A stretch of 63,965 bases of DNA, the filler included, from Psammoneis japonica (Eukaryota): NCBI GenBank assembly GCA_008632985.1. It is 4 parts of 4 records of this genome, joined end to end, with 100 filler letters (N's around TTAATTAATTAA, not from the genome) between each part and the next. Parts side by side here need not be neighbours in the genome. Positions count along the whole stretch, not along the records: positions 1 to 29,857 come from QPGO01000387.1; positions 29,958 to 59,728 come from QPGO01000393.1; 2 more parts are not named here. One strand, written 5' to 3'. Of the stretch, positions 24,217 to 37,715 are shown piece by piece. A program made the translations under genes and the position numbers. How positions within the stretch are numbered: position 1 is the first letter of the stretch; every line of letters starts with the position of its first letter. The notes beneath the pieces were generated by a model that saw only the letters and a program-made list of their open reading frames with translations, made no database searches and was not told where the DNA came from.

Positions 24217-25058
24217 AATGCCCAACCTGGCCTGATTGCGAAACTTCTGCGTGCAGCCAAGATGGAAGACTGCAATGGATCTCCAACTCCTGCCCTTCCC
24301 ATCTCTGTTGGCAGTGACACAGAAGGCCCACCATTCGATGAACCTTGTGACTGCCGATCTGTGGTTGGCATGTTGATGCATCCAGTGCCCAACAGCTGTC
24401 TGGACATCATCTGCACTGCCCATCAATTTGCTTGGTTCTCCTGTGCTCCAAAAGCCTCCCATGCCATTGCTGTCCAATGCATTCTTTGACACTTGAAGGA
24501 CACGACTGACAAAGGGCTCATCCCAGCCCCAACCATGGATCAACGACTTGATTGTCATGTTGATGCCAATTTTGTGGGTCTCTTCCATGTTGAGGATGAT
24601 CAGGTTCCTGCTTCTGTTAAGTCTCGCACAGGATGTCCAAGCTGCAGCGGCCCCTCATGGTTTTGTCTCTGCTGTTGGAGGCAGAGAATGTTTCTCTCCC
24701 AATCAATGCATGGCCTCATTCCCCTTTGTGAGATCTTGAAGGAAATCAATGCACATGCTTTTGGTCAGCTGGACAGGAAGAATGGCATCACCACACATGC
24801 CAAGGCTTTCCAACCCACCAACGATGGAACCAATTCACCCCCATTGCCTCTGCCAGCATCAGCTTGCTCACACGCCAAAACTGTCCCCACAAACCAAGCA
24901 CACCATCGTGCCTTGTCACCAGTTTTGTGCTGAAGTTGAGGCTTTGGAGATCAAGATTGAGCCTGTCAGCTCTGCTGCACAGCTTGCTGACCAGTTTGCT
25001 GGGGGTTTGACTGCTGCTGATCTGTTCTGCACTTGTTGTGGGGCCCTCATGGGCTGGC
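24217..25058 (+). mobile_element. Copia RT/RNase H remnant, copy 2
   Basis: Duplicate of 9070-9912. Confidence 0.85.
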
Positions 25059-26177
25059 GACTGTTTGTCCTGCTTCTCTTGATTTTGCAGGCAGGCTGGG
25101 AGAAAATGAGTCATTTGCTGCTGTTCTGTTGCTTTCCCCAAACAACAATGGCAAGTCTGCCACCCGTGGCAGAATGTGCAATCAAGGAATTGCTGCGGCA
25201 ACATGAAGAAAACGCAGCAAGCCACCAAGGAAGAAGAGTGTCCGTCAACGGCTGTTTTGGAGGTCCTGCTTCACTTGAGCTGCACCAATGTAAAAGTGAT
25301 GCAGGCTTCACACTTTTTCATCTTGCAGTCTTCTTTGCAAACATCCTTTTGAAATGCCTGGCACCACGTGCAAAGCTTTTGGGTCCATCAGGAATGAACC
25401 GCTCTCACAGCTCTTTTGTGCTCGATCGACGACAATGGGGCGAACAACCCAAGGTCCAAATTGTCATGGGTCTTTTTGGCAAATGCAAATGACTGTGCAC
25501 CGGAGTGGAGTGGCTTTCCATGAGACAACAAACGCCAACGTTGGAAAACAAGGGTGGGTCTTTTTTCAACAATGGCAGACTTGACAACATGCATTGATTG
25601 ACCAAGGTGGCAAAACACGCCACGTGTGCACCAACAACAGCATCATCATTTCTGCTCGACAACAACAGGGGATGATTTCGATTGGTGTTGTTGGTTTGGT
25701 TGTTGATGTTGAAGTGAAGTGCGGCATTGGCGGCCTCTCTTTTTGGCACGCACCGGCCGGCTGGCACGCACCGGTGTGACTGCACCTATGTGGGTGACAG
25801 ACGGACGGACCAACCGGATGGCCACATAGTACGCCCGCCTAAAACCAACATGCGTGCAGCGCAACGCTTGAACCGCACGATCGTTCATCGCGGGAATAAG
25901 CATGCAAGCAGTTGGAAGTTGAAGTTATTGGTTATTGTTCTGTTGTTCTTCTGTTATCCCATTGCTTCATTTAATTCGTTCCTGCCCTTGTCTCACGGGC
26001 AAGCGTCGCTGTTCTACAGCATAATCGATCTCGCCTTGTTGCCATTGTGTTGGTGCCTGTCTCCTTTGCAGTTGCGTTTCTGCTGAGCAGAGGAACCACC
26101 TCTTGTCTCGCGTCTCACCGATCCGGACTCCGCAATTTTGATTCTGCATCTCGCAGAAAGACACAAAAACAGCAGAC

Positions 26178-29100
26178 ATGCTTGGTGACATCATCGCCGG
26201 CATAGAAGCGGCTTTCAACTTGTGCGCCGTGATTTACAAGAGCTATGAAACGGTAAAGATCATGCCGGATTTGGCCAAGACCCTCAAGGACCGCGTACAA
26301 ATATTCAAACCGCGACTCGAGAAACTCGTTAGGGAATGCCAGGCATCAGGCACATCACAGAAGGAATTCCGCTTTTGCATATTCAAGCTTGAACACGGTG
26401 TTGGGTGACATTCAAAAGTACATGAAGAAGCTTCAGGATGACTCTAAACTACGAAAGTTGAAGAATCGGGTGTTTTATCAGAGTCTCCTGGATGAATATG
26501 AAGAGCTCAACACCAAGCTCAATCGTTGTCGGGATGATCTTAAATTTGACTTTGAGTTTGATGTCGATGCCGAGAGAAAAGCGTTTGAGAATGAAACGAA
26601 AGGTCTCCTACAGTGTCTTATTGATCATCAGGGTCAAGAGCACCGTATTCTGCGCGAGATGCTTTCTGAAGTCCTCAGGTTCATCAAGGGTCACAAAGCG
26701 CTAAATCTCAATGAACAAAACAGTCCTGCTATTGTGACCGCTTCTGCATTTATGGACAATAGTGACTCTGCAACTCTACGAGCTATCATTGATGAGCAGA
26801 GTGCCATTGAATATGAACTCCCGCCATCGGAGGTCGTTTTAGAAGATATCGAGCTTGGAGCAGGCACCTTTGGTGTCGTATACAAGGCAACATACAATAA
26901 TCAAGATGTTGCCATCAAGAAGCCTCATCGTCGAGAATCGGATGTTTTGGCGGAACTCATGAACCAAGAAAGATGCAGCGGCTCGCCTTTTGTTGCCCTT
27001 ATACACGGCTTTGTTTATGTCAATGAGATTCGGTCTATTGTTATGGAGTTCATGCCATGTGGTACTCTAGGAGGTCTACTACGCCACGCAATGGGAAGGG
27101 ATGGGATTGTGTCCATCAGCAAGGACCAGCAAAGTCTCGAGGCCACACTAGCTGCGTACACAGTAATTCAGCTCTTTCACAAGGTTAGTGAGGGAATGCG
27201 ATTCATCAGTCAACGTAATGTGATACACCGCGACCTCAAGCCGGAGAATATTCTTCTAAGTCAAACTCTTGACCCAAGATTGGGGATTTTGGGTCTGCTC
27301 GAGAGCTCGCAAACAGCGCGACTCACCTTTCGGGATCCGCTGCTGGATCTGTATACTATATGGCTCCGGAAGTATTGACGGTCCTTAAAGCTGACAAAGG
27401 ACAATACTCCTATCCTGCCGACCAGTACAGTTTTGGAATGATCATGGTTAAATGCTGCCATGGTCTGTTTGGTCAGCAGTCTCGTGTGGACCGGCACGAC
27501 GAGGACGCGCCTCTTCCAGAGATTCCTCTTCCTGATGCGTTCCCTTCTTCGGTAACAGATATCAAGACAATTGCATTGCTTCAGACCCATTGATGCGCTA
27601 TGGTCGTGGCACCGCTTCAGAATCACTTCTATCAGAAGCGTTCGAGAAGGTACTGCAGCAATTGGATAGCTCTGTCTCTTATCCAAAGATTGATGGGTAT
27701 TATGGTGACGACGTTGCAGAGGTGGCAAATATTGCTCGGATCGCTTTTGAGAGTAAGACGCATCGTGGGGTATCTGGCATTATAACTTCGTCCTCATCGC
27801 TGATCCCAACACCCGGCATGGAGAAGAAGCCATTGAAGGACGGAGAGCCGAGCTACTCCACCGCGTCCTTGTCACATTCGTCTACATCCGCGAAAGAACC
27901 GGTTCCTCGTGCAAGGAAGGAGAAGAAAAAGAAGAAACCGACTGCTGATCTCCGAGTTCAAAAAGAGCAAAGTGCATCGTCTCGCAGAAAAAAGCGTCCT
28001 GATCTCCGAGTTCAAAAAGAGCAAAGTGCATCGTCTCGCAGGAAAAAGCGTCCAACTCGTTCCGGCAGCTCGAAAGAAAAAGGACAACCAGCGCAAACTG
28101 GATCATCAGCAATTGCTTCAAGTGGTCACAATGACAGTGCTGAAAGAGAACGGGGCGTTAAGGACGAGACGCAAAATACAAGCGAATATCATAGCCGCAC
28201 CAGTCGGGAGAGGTCCGTCAACAGCACAGCCACAGCAAGCCTTGCGCTATCGGCTGCCGCGTATGTCGCGCCAGATGCTTTCACAGTGACGTCTGGAGAC
28301 CAAGCTGCACAACCCGAAGAACCGGACAGAGATGACCGCGTCACAGTTACTTCAGATTCCAACAAAGTGATGGAGATGGATCCAGCACAAGTCGTAGAGG
28401 CGGTTCCTGCTACTTCTGATGGTGGTGGTGGCGGACAGAATGAGAAAGCAAATGACACAACGCGAATTAGTGACGAGGATGAGAATGCTGAAGATGAGCT
28501 TCATCGCAAGTACCTTCGCAAACGATTCATTATTCCGGGCGTTGTATTGTTGGCGATTGCAGCGATTGTCAGTATTGTTGTTGCAGTAAAGCCGTGGGAC
28601 ACAGGTGGTGGAGGGAGCCCCACTTTCCCCCCTACTGTTTCCCCTACTGTTGCACCCGCCACAGAGACTACCGAACGAGCCACCGGTTTGGTCATGAGTT
28701 TGATTGGTATTGATACCGAGTTTGATGAAAATGATTCCGAGTTGTGGGCTACGGCAACCAAAGCATTCGTCGAGGATTATTACAACACTCGTCGTCGTCG
28801 TCGTGGCCTTGGCTATCTCCAGACCCCTCGTATATTACAAGTATCGAATATACAGAATGTCGAGACGTCTTTGGATGTTACTAACACCATTGTGGTTGAA
28901 GATGGCAATGGTGGAGAACCATCCCTTCGAGTCACATACAACCAAGCTATCACGTATACTTTTGAAGACAGCAGCAACGAAAACATTTCCATGGATGCCA
29001 TGGTGACCGAACCATTCAAGACGTCTGATAGTCGATCGGCCTACCAAAAAGACCTCCAGGCGGCGGGCACCAGTGCTGGAAGCAACATTTTTGACAATTT

Positions 29101-29857
29101 GATTGGCACTAGTGAAGTTTCAACCAGCACAGCTGCTCCGACACCGTCACCTACAAATAGCATTCCAATTACGGAACTACCAACACAAGATCCCGCGTCG
29201 CCACCGTCGACTCCGGGTCCAACGACTCTCAATCCAACATCGTTGCCGACGACAAACCCTACTCCTCGTCCAACTCTCAATCCAACACCTCGTCCTACAC
29301 TCAATCCAACGCCTCGTCCAACTCTCAATCCAACTCCACGCCCCACTCCATCACCAGCTCCAACAACACCCAATCCCACCAGTGGTGGTGGCAGCAGTAG
29401 TTTGCCGCCAAACGGTCCATGGGATCCCGTCGGACAAACTTTGCACGGCAAGGCTGCAGATGATTTTGGCGATTCCGTGTCCTTGTCTCGTGATGGCAGG
29501 GTCATGGCTGTTGGAGCGGAGCAATCTTCTTCCAATCCCGGCTATGTTGTTGTGCAACGATACAATCCAAACACCCAACAATGGGAACAAATTGGCCAAG
29601 ATTTGATTGGACAAGCGGACGGCGACGGTTTTGGAGAGTCTGTTTCGATAAATGGCGACGGCACGATTCTTGCGGTTGGAGCGGATGAAAATGACAGTGG
29701 CGGATTGAATGCCGGTCACGTTCGTGTTTTGAATACAACTCGGCATCGGATCGTTGGGTTCAACTCGGCAGTGACATTCTTGGACAAGACGCTGGTGATT
29801 GGTTTGGTGATTCCGTGTCGCTCTCGGACGCGGGAGACATTCTTGCCGTGGGGAGCG
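26178..29857 (+). CDS. MLKL-like kinase receptor, next copy; several 1-nt indels; 3' end truncated by the gap
   Basis: Split into ORFs 26178, 26389, 27360 and 27590, which together match 11033-14710. The indels may be assembly errors or pseudogenisation. Confidence 0.75.
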
Positions 29858-29957
29858 NNNNNNNNNNNNNNNNNNNNNNNNNNNNNNNNNNNNNNNNNNN
29901 NTTAATTAATTAANNNNNNNNNNNNNNNNNNNNNNNNNNNNNNNNNNNNNNNNNNNN
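29858..29957. other. Artificial contig linker N44-TTAATTAATTAA-N44
   Basis: Six-frame-stop 12-mer at 29902-29913 inside exactly 100 nt. The same construct occurs three times. Confidence 0.95.
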
Positions 29958-30310
29958 CAAACAGGTTTACCCTGTAAACGCAGCAAACGTTGATTCTGAA
30001 CTTGTGGAATCGATCCAGCTTCCATCACAAGACCCTAATGCCGCCGAAGTGTTTTACCGAGTCATCACTAAAAATGGTGGGTAGGTTGTTTGTCGATGAT
30101 GTCTTGGAAAATGTTGAATGCCCAATCCTTCTGTGCTGGGGCGAGGAAGATCCCTGGATCCGACCGGCTGCTGCTGATAAGATTCAAGAACTATACCCAC
30201 AGAGTAAGCGTGTCAGTATCGATGCTGGCCACTGTCCGCACGACGAAGCCCCTGAAGCTGTGAATGCGGCTATTCTTGATTTTATGCAAGAACTGAACGT
30301 CACAGAGTAG
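29958..30310 (+). CDS. C-terminal part of an alpha/beta-hydrolase (pheophytinase-like family)
   Basis: PILLCWGEEDPWI (acid) and DAGHCPHDEAPE (catalytic His) motifs. The 5' part is missing and the frame changes near 30080. Confidence 0.8.
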
Positions 30311-30955
30311 AAATTAGAATCTGTGAATCATTGGTCAAAATAGAGAAAAGTTCATTCTTTATGTTTTACAAGTTGTGGTGGCGATTTGTCTTCGCCTCGC
30401 AAACATTAACACGGCTGTTAACACCAGGAAACAGCCCGGCTTGATTCAGGCTTCACGATTTCAGTCCAACTATCTCAATATAACGGACCGGGGGTATGCT
30501 ATTAGCGGGATAAAACATAGGACCATGCCTTGAAAACCGAGTTTCGAAATGATACACTCTGTCTTGTAGGGCCCTCAACTACCGTATCGGGCCAATACAC
30601 TTCCTCTACTAGGCCCTCTAGAGTAGGAACCTCTCTACTACTTCTACTCTAGCTAGCTCTCTACTCTCTCTAGAGTACAGTAGCTGTAGAAGGAGAGGGT
30701 GCCTGCGTTGACTCTGTAATTTTGATTAGTCTAATTATAATACGGTAACTAACTACAGTACAGTATAACTAACTACCGGTACCGTTTCAGTCTGTCAATC
30801 GTACGTCTTATTTTGTCGACGTCACAGAAAGCGCGGAGAGCATTGAAAGGTGCGGAAAAATCTGCGGCGCGAAATTCCACTTCATTCTGACTATTGCACT
30901 TCACTTATTCTATTAACTTCGATCACTTCGTCGTTTGAAGGAACCGTCCAACACG

Positions 30956-31568
30956 ATGGCGTCGCAACCGCCAAAGAAATCGAGCCAAAAGCCACTATGG
31001 CTCATTGGTGCGGCCGTTACTCTCCTTTGTAGCATTGCTATTGGATATTTCATGAGCGGAAACGTCCCCATTCCTCCTGATATGTGCAGCGACCACGACG
31101 AGCTTCTTATTGGATACAAACTTCTCGACCACATATTGTTCCAAGAAACGCAACTCAAGTATCTTCATGTTTTGAGGGATGTTACCCTCCATTCTCCCTC
31201 TGATGAACTGGGTCGCCTTATTGTTTTGATTCACAAGACTGCAAAGAAGCGAAAATCAGAATTGAAGGAACTGCGAAAGTTGGCTCCACACGTGTTGACG
31301 GAGCCCAAAAAGTCAAAAATGGGGGATTCTATTCAGGCCTTGGCAGAGGGCGCCCGGTAAGAAAGAAATGATTCTACCACGTGGATCATTTGACATGCGC
31401 TTCCTCTTTTTGCAGTCACAAGCGACCAGAATGATTGCTGCGATTGCCAAGTCGATCGCTGGCTTGGATTGCAGGCCTGAACGAGTGGAATGGATGACAA
31501 AACTTGACTTGGAATTCGAGCAAATCAGAGATCAGCTCGTCACAGCAGTAGATTCTTGTCGATTATAG
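30956..31568 (+). CDS. Hypothetical ~200-aa protein with an N-terminal membrane anchor; one frameshift near 31357
   Basis: ATG at 30956, hydrophobic LWLIGAAVTLLCSIAIGYF. Adjacent ORFs 30935-31360 and 31368-31568 read as one helical protein. Confidence 0.6.
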
Positions 31569-32318
31569 CCCTTGAATGACCCTCGTTGACGGAATCGGAG
31601 AAGTTGTAGAACCTCTGGAGAGAATGCTGCAAGGATCTCGAGTATCTAATTGATGCCTTGATTTTAAAACAATTATTCACCCATCTTATGAGTTAGATAC
31701 GATTTTACCACATGCAGTATACGATACGGCATTCAAAATGCAAGAAAAGACGTTGTCATGCACCTGAACCTCAGGGCACAGGTCAATTTATAGAGAAAAT
31801 GCACTTTCCGGCCTGTAGCTCAGTTTCGCTCGCTTCCAGTAGAACCGTCGTACAGTAATCGTGGACAGCGATGGCCTCCTTTACTGTATCTGCACTAAGA
31901 TCTGCACAGCTTGCTCTCCCGATTCCCCATCCGTGCTTGCCCGGGAGAGAAGAGTCGTCGGAATTTCGTGCTACAGTTTCGTCTTTTTTCCGTCAGATTT
32001 TGAGTTTCTTAGTAAAATGTTGAAAATACAAAGAGATTCTGACGGAAGAATAATGGGTTTTGATCGATTTTACATAATCGCGCATTCCAAAAGCAAGTCG
32101 GAACGGAGAGCGAGCGCAGAAATGGCTTCGACGATCACATCAAACCCGTATCGTGCTTTGTTGCAACCGATACCTACGAGGAGTTTATCGAGTCTGAGCC
32201 GAGGATTTGAATAGCGTGGCTCTCTGTGACAAATCTGGTGTGAAATCCTGGAAAGGTTCAAACCGCAAGAGGCTGAAATTTCGTATCCGCCAAACTAAGA
32301 AATCTTGAAACCCGCACG

Positions 32319-35300
32319 ATGAAGAAGCGAGTGACGGAAAAGCCTCCGGCGTGTGAAACCGTTGAATCCCTCCTGTCTGATGATGTAATGCTGCAGTCCT
32401 TACGAAGACGTTTGTGGGGAGCGCTGCAAAACGAAGACATTGACACGGCCATAGAGGTGTACACGGCTTCGAGGTTGGAGTACCTCGAATGGCTAGCGAA
32501 AGAGGAGGAACAAAGCGAAGCAGAACGACGAGAAAACGAGGAACGAAAGGCGAAACGAAAGAAAGTGAGTAAAACTATCATCAAAGAAACTATTTCTGTG
32601 TTTGATTAAAATGTATTTCCCTCATGCTGTTGATTTAAAAATCGTATCTACCAGGAAAAACGTGACTCGAAGACGGGGTTGAAGAAATTCGGCTCGATGG
32701 TGCAGTCGAGTCGGCAGTCCTCAAGACCATTGAATGTTATAGCAAACAAGACGATGTGGATAGTGGCAGACGCGGGTCTTGGAAGAGAATGAATGAACCT
32801 GCCCCCCTGTCAACTGGTAATGGAATCATGTTGCTAAGCGAACAATTGGAAGCTGCTCGGATTCAGCAGGTTTCTCCGACTTCTGAGTCACGGGTCGGCA
32901 TCTTACAGGAGAAGCTAGGTCCATCTGAACCATTTACCGAAGATGATAAGAAGCATTTTGCCGATGCATACACGAAAAACGAAGAGAGCGGCTCCGAAAA
33001 GCCTCCAGTTCCGCGGAATGTTAGAGTTCGGCAACGAAAGTCCGTGCAGCCAAAACTTGCTGGGTTCTTTGGGCGCTTTGGTGGTTCTGGAAAGGAGGAG
33101 ACAAACTCCTCCGAGGAAGATGAAGACTCTGATGATGACCGTGTAGATATGACTATGACCACTCCACTGCATGAGGCAGCCCGAATAGGGAGCGGTTCAT
33201 TAGTTCGACTTATGCTTACACACGGCGCTGACCCCAATCTCAAGAACGGACAGATGCGAACAGCGCTTCACATGGCGGCCGGAGGCTGACAAAGGAGGAA
33301 GAAGCACTTCTCCGTGGTAAGTATTATCACGAGAAACAGCGGGTGGAACGCCACGGTAAAGACCTGTCGCGATCAGCTGAGAAAAAGGAGCCATTGGGTT
33401 CGGAGGTTGGCATTCAGAAAAGTGATCCGCAATCTGATGAATCTGATGTCAGTAGGAGCGACGAAGATCCTTCTGGTACTAAAGGAGCCAAGAAGGCTGT
33501 TCGTGTAGTGGGTCGATTCTTTCAAAGAATGGGTAAATCTCAGATACGGGCGAGTTGACGGTGGAGAACGAGTAAAGCAGACTCCACCGCCCGTGCCAGA
33601 TTTGGACAGATTGAATCAGTTGTCTTCTGACCGGGTAGATGCCGTAATGGCTCTCCTATTATGGTCACATCCTGACGATGGTGGTGAAAGGGCTTGTGAA
33701 GGGCCGTCCGTCAACGCAGTTGATGTGAGCGGTCGTACTGCTTTGCACTATGCTGCGGAGTTGGTCGTAACGAGATTTGTATGGCAGTGCTGAATTCATT
33801 TGATGCAATTCTGACACTAATTGATGATAGTGGTCAAACGCCATGTGAGCTAGCTGCGGAACGAACTCACTCGGAACTTGCCTCTCAACTGGAAGCACGC
33901 GCTCTTTTATGTACTGATCCGTATGGAATGGAAGACGTCATGATGGACACCATCATAAAGGATTCAAGATCGAGGCGATGAATATAGATGTGGGAGTGCA
34001 TGAGGGACGACCGAAGACGCAGACAAACACCTACAAGCGCTCAATTGTGCTACATTATGTTTTGAAGAACCACGTCGGTCACCCCTTCGACCTTTTCGAA
34101 ACATGGAGTATGGAGGAAGTGCGAGTTGAACGCCGTTTTCGAGTAAATGCAGTCTTCGCGGTCATGAAACGCATTATGGACGACAGACACCTGGATAGAC
34201 AAATGAATGACTTGATGTTTAGTCATGCGAACTTGGATGACGGGGAAGCTCATAACATGGAAAAGGCCTTTAGTGAGGTAGGCGGCCGGTTCAATACGAG
34301 TCTCACAGAGGACAACAATGAAATGAAGTTGATCGCAGCTACTGCCAACACAGAGGTATCAAAGGAACTTCATAACGATAAGACATCGATTCTTGTAATG
34401 AATTTGAACGAAGATGACAGCGGAGATGCCTGTTCAGTCAACGCCTCTGAGGAACGTGAATCGTCCTCGATCGAGAAACCTGATAGCTCAATGAACTTCG
34501 CAGAAAGCAACGCAATGGAGGAAATTAGGCCCACGACGAATGACGGGAAGGAAGCAGAAACCATTGAGCCAGAGATCTGGGCCGCCTTACTTCCAGACGG
34601 AATTGAGACCGATGAGAGATTCACGATCGGGCTTAATGGAAGGGATATTCACGTCCGATGTCCTCCAAATGTCAAGCCTGGCGAAACGATACGTTTCGTT
34701 ATTGAATCCGAGCCGTCTGATTCAGCAGGGGACACGAAGATTCGGCTTGTAGATAGCTTCCCACGCCAAGAGAAGACAGATCAGGAATCCCATGGAGACA
34801 AAGCAAGTCCCAAAACGTACCCTATCCATGAAGCCCATGTTGAACGTTTCCTTGCTTTCCATGGGTGGCCAGTCCAAGAAGCTGTTGATATTTTTAAAGA
34901 AAATCCTCAGACAGCACTGATCGAAGCTGGTATCACTGCCGATCTAGATTCTAACGGCCGTGCAAGGAACCCTGAAATTGATCACAGGTATAGAATGTGC
35001 CTTATCTGCTTCAGTGAAATCGCAGCTGATTCTCCAGAATGGATGAATTTGCGGGATTGCGAGCATGGATTTTGTACAGGATGCATGGCGAGCTACATTG
35101 CAAATGCAGCGCAGTCAAAGACTTGTGGCGTATGCGTTGCGTGTCCACACCATGAGTGCTCGTCGTTTCTGCAAGAATCGGAACTTGAAGCTTTGGCTCC
35201 GGATCCCGCAAAATATGAGGCCTTGGTGCAAGCAGCTGATGAGAATTTCGTGATGGCCACGAGAGACTTCAGATTCTGTCCCCATCCTGGGTGTGATTGC

Positions 35301-37005
35301 GTTGTGCGGTGTACAGTTGGAAGGAGCATGTCAATTGCGCCTGACAGTGTCGGGCATGCAATGACATTCGCGGGAGCTGTATGTCGAAAAGAATCATACA
35401 CCGCCACTGCTACAGAGGACACGCCGTATACGTACGAAGGCGTCCGCGACCCAAGATATCTGTCCATGGATTTATGCCAGCCTGCACGAGCTCATCGTTT
35501 TTGCTTTCACTGTGGAGAAGAGGCGCATTTTCCGGCTAGGTGTGACACTGTCCTCAGTTGGAAAGCTCGGATCGAAAAGGAGATTGGTGAAGTCGACGAT
35601 GGTGAGGCTGACACTGAAGGGAATATCGACGAAGTGGCTCAGCGGTTGTGGATGAAAGCAAACACAAGGCCTTGTCCTCGTTGCAAGGTTCCAATAGAGA
35701 AGAATGATGGATGCAATCACATGACATGCTCTAACCGCCATTGTCGCCACGAGTTCTGCTGGATTTGTCGAAAGGACTGGAAGCTCCACAATACAGAAAC
35801 CGGCGGCTTCTTCCGTTGCAATCGATGGAAAACAGAGGAACACGAGTTTTACGACGATGAAACGGAACCCGAGGCATCACAAAATGGAACGGCAAACAGA
35901 ACGTCCGCGGATGAGGACGATGATGCAGATTCCACAAACAACCAAGGTTATGGTACTGCAAACCATGCATCCAAAGCTGCTTGGAAAAAGTCAAAAATAA
36001 TGGCACGTTTTCTTCATCATTACCGGAGGTGGACAGCTCATTGTGAAAGTGCGGCGCTGGAGCAAGCTATGGCAGACACGGTTTCGAGTCGTCTCGCTCC
36101 CGTTGTCAAGGCTGCTATCGATATTAGCGGCTCGAAAGACTTTGATTTTGGTGGCAAAGGTGAGTGAATTCACAATCTATTCAAAAGGGAGAGGGCATTC
36201 TGACATGTCCATGCGCAAAGTTTGCTATAATGTGAAGGTTTTTCTGACCCTCGACATCCGCTGTTGATGTAGGGCTATCATTCATTCATGCAGCCTTCAT
36301 CGAGTTGCTAGAATGCCGGAACAACCTTCAATATAGCTATGCGTTCGCCTTCTTTCGATTTCCAGCATTTTATTATGTGAGTTGTGTGTCCCTCTCTCAG
36401 AACCAAAGCGGCAGTTCGAGAGTTTGGTTCTCAAATGTTCTTCATCATTCATCGCTACTCTGCATTTACAGAGCCATCAGGTCGACGAGATGAGGCTTTT
36501 AGAAGGACAGAAGTTGAAGTTTGAGTATGCCCAGTCGCGCCTTGAAATGATTACGGAGCAGCTGAGTGACCTTGTGGCTCGCTCTCACGTTCGTGCCACT
36601 CAGACTCAAATCATGTGTCTTACCAAGGAAGCTGCAGAAAGGAGGCGAGACTTCTTTGCACTGATGCTGGCCTTTCTGTCGAGTTTTGATGAAATGCGCT
36701 TCAATGCAGAGAGCCGCCATGCTCACGTCCCAGCAATAGCACCTGTTCAACCACCTCCCCAACCGAGCGAAAATGAGACCTTTGCGCAGGACGATTATGA
36801 TGATTACGATCGCTTCGAAGAGGATGCGCTGCAGCGGGCTTTGCGAATCAGTATGCAGACCTTCACGGATCAGTCGGAACCTACCCATGACCTTATTGAA
36901 GCGACTGCAGATGAGGACGAGTGGACTAATTGGCCGTGTTCGATGTGCACTTATATGAATGCTGGTGGGAGCTTTTGTGCAATGTGTGGAACAATGAGGG
37001 AGTGA
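32319..37005 (+). CDS. Ankyrin-repeat RBR (Ariadne-type) E3 ubiquitin ligase with UIM and C-terminal RanBP2/NZF zinc finger (ANKIB1-like architecture)
   Basis: Ankyrin motifs TPLHEAA, TALHMAA and TALHYAA; RING1 CLIC...CEHGFCTGC; IBR FCPHPGC...FCFHC; RING2 CPRC...NDGCNHMTC...HEFCWIC; Ariadne LECRNNLQYSYAF; UIM EEDALQRALRISM; WPCSMCTYMN...CAMC. Introns at 32565-32654, 36160-36272 and 36377-36471. Several indels between 32.7 and 34 kb. Confidence 0.85.
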
Positions 37006-37041
37006 TTTTGCTGTAGCTTTTATCATTTCTTGTTCCATTCT

Positions 37042-37715
37042 CTATCGTTTCCTACTAGCCGCCGAAAAAGCACTGCGAGCAAAGCTCCCCCCATCGCCTC
37101 TTGTGGCGTTTTGATTAATCTGGCTGTGGTCTGTTCTAGAGACAATTCGCTCAATGATTTCCCCTGATCCCCGTACCAGTCGATACCGACCTGTTTCTTC
37201 GTCGTAAACCTCCCTGACAATTTTTTGTTGCGCTTCATATTCTTCACGCGCCATTGGGGCCATGTTCCGATCCCGTGGTGCCGGGTCTTTCCGGTCTACA
37301 GCATCTATCGCATCCGGCTTACGTTCCGGTTCAGTCGCATCAGTCACGTTTTCTGTCGCACACTGTCCAGAACTTGCTTCATGTGCTGGTTCGTCTTCTG
37401 ATATTGCCATGTTTTCCTCGCTATTCTCCTGCTTGCGTCTCTTTTTTCGTTTCCTCTTTTTGGATCTTCGAAATTCTTCGTCGTCACTCGAGGTGGTATC
37501 ACTGGAAGAATCATCCGAACGACGACTTTTTTTTTGCCATGGCGTTTCCTCTTGTGCTTTCGTTTCTTTCGTCGCTTCCGTTCGTCGTGAGATTCGTGTT
37601 TCTTCCTTTTCTTCTTGGACTTTATGTTGCGATATTTCTCTTTACTACTAACTTGTTGGTGTCTGCCATGCAGTCGCTCCTCGGTATCGGTATTTTCAGA
37701 ACTTTCCTGCGCCAT
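37042..37715 (-). CDS. ARL6IP4: ARL6IP4 / SR-25-like splicing-associated protein
   Basis: K/R/S-rich N-terminus plus PMAREEYEAQQKIVREVYDEETGRYRLVRGSGEIIERIVS...INQNATRGDG, matching the SR-25 C-terminal motif. Frameshift in the T-run at ~37530. Confidence 0.75.

Larger units (their letters stand above)
15472..29857. repeat. Unit 2 of the tandem segmental duplication, truncated by the contig end; contains N gap 16350-16866 and an internal ~450-bp duplication (~17260-18170)
   Basis: Near-identical to unit 1 over NOX, copia and kinase. The sequence differs at ~18420-18620 versus 3270-3474. Confidence 0.9.

Noticed and set aside
29902..29913. TTAATTAATTAA palindrome as a biological site (also at 59773 and 62681)
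   Set aside because: It is centred in identical 100-nt N blocks and is a standard six-frame-stop linker. No synteny should be inferred across it.
26178..37715. Programmed frameshifting or mass pseudogenisation of host genes
   Set aside because: 1-nt indels are scattered through conserved genes, often in homopolymers, and differ between near-identical copies. Assembly error is the simpler explanation.
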